A stretch of DNA of 64,000 nt from Octopus vulgaris (taxonomy: Eukaryota): the NCBI GenBank assembly GCA_951406725.2, contig OX597816.1, positions 25,172,001-25,236,000 on the forward strand, written 5' to 3'. Positions 1 to 64,000 of the stretch are shown here, in pieces. The notes below the pieces were generated by a model. The model was not told the origin of the DNA, ran no database searches, and worked only from the letters and a program-made list of their open reading frames with translations. The position numbers and the translations under genes were made by a program. Position 1 is the stretch's first letter. Each line of letters starts with the position of its first letter.

Positions 1-150
1 CACGGGGGATCAATCAATAACATAGAGATTAAGATATTGTCCACACATAGAACAGATGCAACAATTAGACAAATTACAGAAGCTACACATATAATAGAAA
101 ATAAACCTAACCTGAATAGAAAACTAGAATGGAGCAATAGCGCACACCAC
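1..150 (+). mobile_element. Penelope-like element remnant (GIY-YIG C-terminus)
   Basis: Frame 2 reads ...[35 protein letters not shown], resembling the RQxxEAxxI..P.LNR end of PLE endonucleases. Confidence 0.6.
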
Positions 151-817
151 AACATATGACAATAGTGGATCCTGCAAACATAATAAATACACAGGTAATT
201 AAAGAAATAGAAATGAATATCTATATATATGTATATGTGTATATATATGTATATGTATATGTGTATATATGTGTGTATATATGTATATATATATATATAT
301 ATGTATATGTATGTATATATATATATGTATTTTTTTTTTTTTTTCGATTAGATTTATTATTATTATTACTAATATTGTTGTTATACATACATACAAGCAT
401 ATGTAATGATAATAATGGGTGGATGTAAACACATGAACAAAATTAGAACAAAAGCAACAACAACAAAAACAAAATACAAATTACAAGAATGTATATAACC
501 AGAAGATACAAATATTACAGGCATCCCCCCCACACACACACTAAATAAACATAGACGCACATAGAGATATAAGCATGCGCAAATGAAGACATACAATAGA
601 AATACAAAATGGCTGACGGTTAGTAAGGAGAGACACAAGTAAGTGAGAAGAAAACAAAGGACCACTGATGCGGTCACAGGAGTGTGACGAAAGAACTTTG
701 GCCGAAATAAGATTAAGATTAATGTAAAAAATAAATATCACTGAAGCAAAACAACACCAAATATATAGTGCGTGTGTTTTTATTGGCTAAACTGGCAATA
801 TGACCATTCCGAAATAT

Positions 818-866
<49 letters not shown>

Positions 867-916
867 CACACACACATATATATATATATGCATATGACTT
901 TATATATTTTATATAG

Positions 917-993
917 CGATTAATCCATGCCAACTGAAACCTTGTAAAAACAATGGCATGTATATCAGATGAGGATATCGCTTCGCGTGCAAC
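917..993 (+). pseudogene. Degenerate EGF pseudo-exon
   Basis: AG then INPCQLKPCKNNGMYIR*GYRFACN: C3->Y, in-frame TGA, truncated, no donor. Confidence 0.8.
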
Positions 994-1072
994 AATTTAT
1001 TGTTATATATATTTATCATAAACTTGTAACATAGATATCTTGCTAAAATGCACACACACACATACACACACA

Positions 1073-1147
<75 letters not shown>

Positions 1148-1199
1148 GCTATACATGCATGTATATATATATGTTTATATATATATATATACATACATA

Positions 1200-1229
<30 letters not shown>

Positions 1230-1230
<1 letters not shown>

Positions 1231-1508
1231 CTCTCTCTATATAAACGGCAGTTTGTCTGTGCGTTTTCTGTGTGTCTGTTTGCTTGTACCCTCACCCTGA
1301 CCACGGCTTTCAACCGATTCTGATGAAACTTGACACACACATAGCCCAATGTCATAATTCAAAACTAACGCAGCGAAAATTTTGAAAAGTTCCCCCAGTT
1401 CTGAAAAAAATCGATAAATTCGACATGGGGTCGAGAATCAGAAACACTAACCGCAAACTGTCTAGGGGACGCAACTCCACCTTTTTTATCGCCGGGCGAT
1501 ACTGCTAG
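1230..1508 (+). mobile_element. Non-autonomous Helitron-like element
   Basis: TC..TATAAA start, (TCTG)-like tract, accgattctgatgaaactt motif, ends CTAG followed by T. Confidence 0.5.
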
Positions 1509-2279
1509 TATATACATACATATATGTGTATACATATTTGTGCGCATATGTATATATACATGCACACATACACAAACTCACACACATATGCATACATACA
1601 GAAATAAGCGTATTTCTGCACAGTTAAGAGTATCAGAAAATTGGGTATATGTACGACGGGTTTCTTTCAGTTTCCATCTACCAAATCTACTCACAAAGCT
1701 TTGGTCGGTTCGAGGTTAGAGTAGAGGAAACATGTCCAAGTTGCCACACTGGGATTGAAACCCGGAGCCATGTTGTTGGGAAGCAATCTTCATACCACAC
1801 AACCATATCTATATCTATTATGATTTCGAGAATTGACGCTGCCTGCTAAACAAATGGCAAGGCTCTTTCGTTTCAGTGAAGAGAAGTGTTACGGTTTTGT
1901 GGTCAAATGAGTCGGTTGATGTGTGTGTATATGTATGTTTGTTCTCATGTATAACTTGGATTTATGTGGGTGATATTCGTTTCATTTTAGTACATAAGTG
2001 TCTGTGATTCATACTTGTCTGAACTTTAGTATACAAGTACTTGTACTTAAGACTTTTGTGCACTTTAGCATACAAGTGCTTGTACTTCACTCGTATGTGG
2101 GCTCATGCATTTCATAAGTATATGTGAATGTGTGCTTATGTCTGATTCTGGAGCATTTTACACGCTTTACATGTATTTAGCCTGGGAAACTCACATAGAG
2201 AATCTCTTGAAAATTGTAGCTGTACCACTGATTGATTGCAATAGGAGAACTGGGGTTAGTTTGGTTTGTCCTTTTTGTT

Positions 2280-2467
2280 TTAGAGAAGCATAGTTTTTCT
2301 AGGGATTTTATGACGATCCGTTGTTATGTAGTCCAGTGCACCTACAATATTGGGGATGAATGAGAATCTGCAGTCTGGGTATAAGATCTGCAATTTTCTT
2401 ATTGCAATTTTCTTATTGTTATATACGCACATACATATATAAACAAGTTCATCGATATGCACACAAG

Positions 2468-2499
<32 letters not shown>

Positions 2500-2777
2500 C
2501 AGACAGACAAACCGACAGACAGACAAACAGATAGATATATTTCTTTACTACCCACAAGGGTCTAAACAGAGAGGGGTCAAACAAGGACAGATAAACGGAT
2601 TAAGTCGATTACATCGACCCCAGTGCGTAACTGGTACTTAATTTATCGACCCCGAAAGGATGAAAGGCAAAGTCGACCTCGACGGAATTTGAACTCGGAA
2701 CGTAACGACAGACGAAATACGGCTACGCATTTCGCCCGGCGTGCTAACGTTTCTGCCAGCTCGCTCGCTCGCCAGAC

Positions 2778-2828
<51 letters not shown>

Positions 2829-3290
2829 CAGATATCAACTGGGCGACTGCAATGCATGAATTCTGTCTCATAGAACAATGTCTGGTCTCTTATGCGTATA
2901 TAAAGTTGCTCATTTTATCAGGATGTTCCAACAATACTCTTTGTTTTTCTAGGCATAAGAGTATTCCAGTTCTGGTGTGCTTTTGGTATGGCCCCCATGA
3001 CAGTCCTGTCTTCGTATGGTACTGTACATTGACTTTGCGACAATGTCATGTCTCATGGGAAACTAATATCATGCAGATATTTTTTGGGCAGTTGCTGATG
3101 ATACGTAAGAAGTCCATCATGCTGTCATGGCATTTTCGTAGCGTGGAGGTCCAGAGATATCTTTATCTCTCTTGTTTACCAGTTATTTAGTAAGAATCTC
3201 CTGTTTGCGACTAGGAAAAGTATAGCCTTCTAGGTGAAGTGTGATGTAGACATCGCAATCCAAGACAGGCTACTAGCCTCGTTAATATCA
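2280..3290 (-). mobile_element. Decayed RLE-type (R4/Dong-like) non-LTR retrotransposon, split by a SINE and (TAGA)n
   Basis: Minus strand has RHDIVAK, KRPDIVL*D and LQILYPDCRFSFIPNIVGALDY with stops. Confidence 0.6.
2540..2772 (-). mobile_element. SINE family A
   Basis: Reverse complement of the ggcgagctggcagaaacgttagcacg...gagttcaaatt repeat (B-box), set within (TAGA)n. Confidence 0.8.
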
Positions 3291-3300
3291 TTGCTATGTA

Positions 3301-3725
3301 AGGCGGCGAGCTGGCAGAAACGTTAGCACGCCGGGCGAAATGCTTAACGGTATTTTGTCTGCCGTTACGTTCTGAGTTCAAATTCCGCCGAGGTCGACTT
3401 TGCCTTTCATCCTCTCGGTGTCGATAAATTAAGTACCAGTTACGCACTGGAGTCGATGTAATCGGCTTAATCCCTTTGTCTGTCCTTGTTTGTCCATCTC
3501 TATGTTTAGCCCCTTGTGGGCAATTTAGAAATAAGAAACGTTAGCACGCCGGGCGAAATGCTTAGCGGTATTTCGTTTGTCTTTACGTTCTGAGTTCAAA
3601 TTCCGCCAAAGTCGACTTTGCCTTTCGTCCTTACGAATAGTACCAGTTATGTACTGGGGATCGATCTAATAGACTAACTCCCTCCCCCAAAATTTCGGGC
3701 CTTGTGCCTAGAGTAGAAAGGAATA
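3301..3725 (+). mobile_element. SINE family A, internally duplicated
   Basis: tRNA-like head with GAGTTCAAAT B-box, two internal units, tgctatgta flanking duplication. Confidence 0.85.
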
Positions 3726-3760
3726 TTGCTGCTATGTAGTTGCGACGTACATACCCATAC

Positions 3761-4500
<740 letters not shown>

Positions 4501-4504
4501 TGTA

Positions 4505-5061
4505 CGTCATTATTCTGTTTTATTTCAAGATTTCTTGTCAGTAGGGAAAGAGCTGGTTTCTAACCTAGATCCAAGGCACCTTCATTAAAATTTCAACACA
4601 AACAACAAGGTATTTTCGTTTGTCTGTCTGTCGGTCTGTATGTATATATACGTGCAGATTTGTATGTTTTGTTTTATGTATGTATTTTCATGCATATACT
4701 TGCATATCTAGACATGCTCGTATATACTTAAATGATAAACTTCTGGAAAGTTTTACAGATTTTTTACAGTTCCATTGATGGCTGGTATCTGTAGTCTTCG
4801 AACCAGCTTTCTCCTTTCTGGTTTTGAGAAGCCTAATTTCTCAAGATTGGTATTTAGGCAACGTGTTACATATCCTAGTGCCCCAATAATTACAGGTATA
4901 AACATGAACTTGTAAGCTTGATAGAGTAACTGCAGATTTCTCAATAGTTCAGCGTAGGTATTCTCTTTTCCACTGATCTTCAGCTTTATGTTAACATCCA
5001 CTGGGCAGCTGATTTCCACAGCTGTACACATTTTCTCTTTATCCCAAATCATTATACCATT
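4505..5061 (-). mobile_element. 3' end of RLE-type non-LTR retrotransposon inserted in (TACA)n
   Basis: IMIWDKEKMCTAVEISCP...YAELLRNLQLLY...FIPVIIGALGYV (restriction-like endonuclease C-terminus); (TATG)n on both sides. Confidence 0.75.
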
Positions 5062-5400
5062 GTATGTATGTATGTATGTATGTATGTATGTATGTATGTA
5101 TGTATGTATGTATGTATGTATGTATGTATGTATGTATGTATGTATGTACGTACGAAATTGTATACATGAATCACGGTGTTTATGTATACAAACAAACAAA
5201 TTTTATGAAGTTTTATTCCTTATATTTCACTATTGTCAAAAGCTATGAACTAGAAAATTAAGTATTTTTTTCTTGCTGCTAATATGGGAGAAAAGGGAAG
5301 GAAAAAAGCTAGAGAAAAACACAAGAAAGGAAATTTCTCCGTTATTCCATTGTAAATATACACAGGTCTGCGAAATAAAATTTTTATTTCTTTTATACAG

Positions 5401-63589
<58,189 letters not shown>

Positions 63590-63636
63590 CCTATATCCTA
63601 AATTACGTCAAGTAAACCATTATATGTACAAGCACA

Positions 63637-63642
63637 AATAAA
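63637..63642 (+). terminator. Candidate polyadenylation signal
   Basis: AATAAA about 50 nt after the putative stop. Confidence 0.45.
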
Positions 63643-64000
63643 GAGTCTAAATATCTATTTGAAAAAATTCTTAGTCTTTCTTTAAATTCTTCTTTTAAAA
63701 ATGTTTCGTCTTTAAAATCTTCTTGTGGTTATTAGAAATTGATGCTGCTGTTTGTTTGTTGAGCGAAGCGGTCTTCGTCCTTGGGAGAAGTCCGAAACGC
63801 AGTCCTTTGCTATTCGTAAGACCCCCAGAAGAGAAAGCAGGTCAACCCCCGACACCGAGAGCATCGACGGATGGATGAATGCGCGTCCAGGCTCAGCGGT
63901 TTCGTAGGAAGTCGGGGACAAGAAACAGGAAGAAAGAGTGAGAGAAAGTTGGGGCGAAAGAGTACAACAGGGGTCGCCACCACGCTGGAGCCTCGTGGAG

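Overview
AT-rich, microsatellite- and SINE-dense eukaryotic DNA. The repeat content looks like an octopod cephalopod genome, which is inference. The window is spanned by the 3' part of one large + strand, intron-rich gene whose start lies upstream. I traced 34 coding exons by hand (AG/GT boundaries, consistent phases, 5432 nt, about 1810 codons including the stop). The domain order is EGF - VWA - 18xEGF - VWA - 5xEGF - VWD - C8 - TIL - TILa/EGF-like - PAN - PAN - stop, followed by AATAAA, with no transmembrane segment. The EGFs before the second VWA are strongly cationic, and nine of them are near-identical, recently amplified exons. Three dead EGF pseudo-exons are also present. Introns hold several tRNA-derived SINE families, CR1-, RTE-, RLE(R4/Dong)- and Penelope-like retroelement remnants, mariner remnants and MITEs, Helitron-like elements, long fold-back repeats and several minimal hammerhead-ribozyme-like motifs. 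Most ORFs in the supplied track are microsatellite artefacts.
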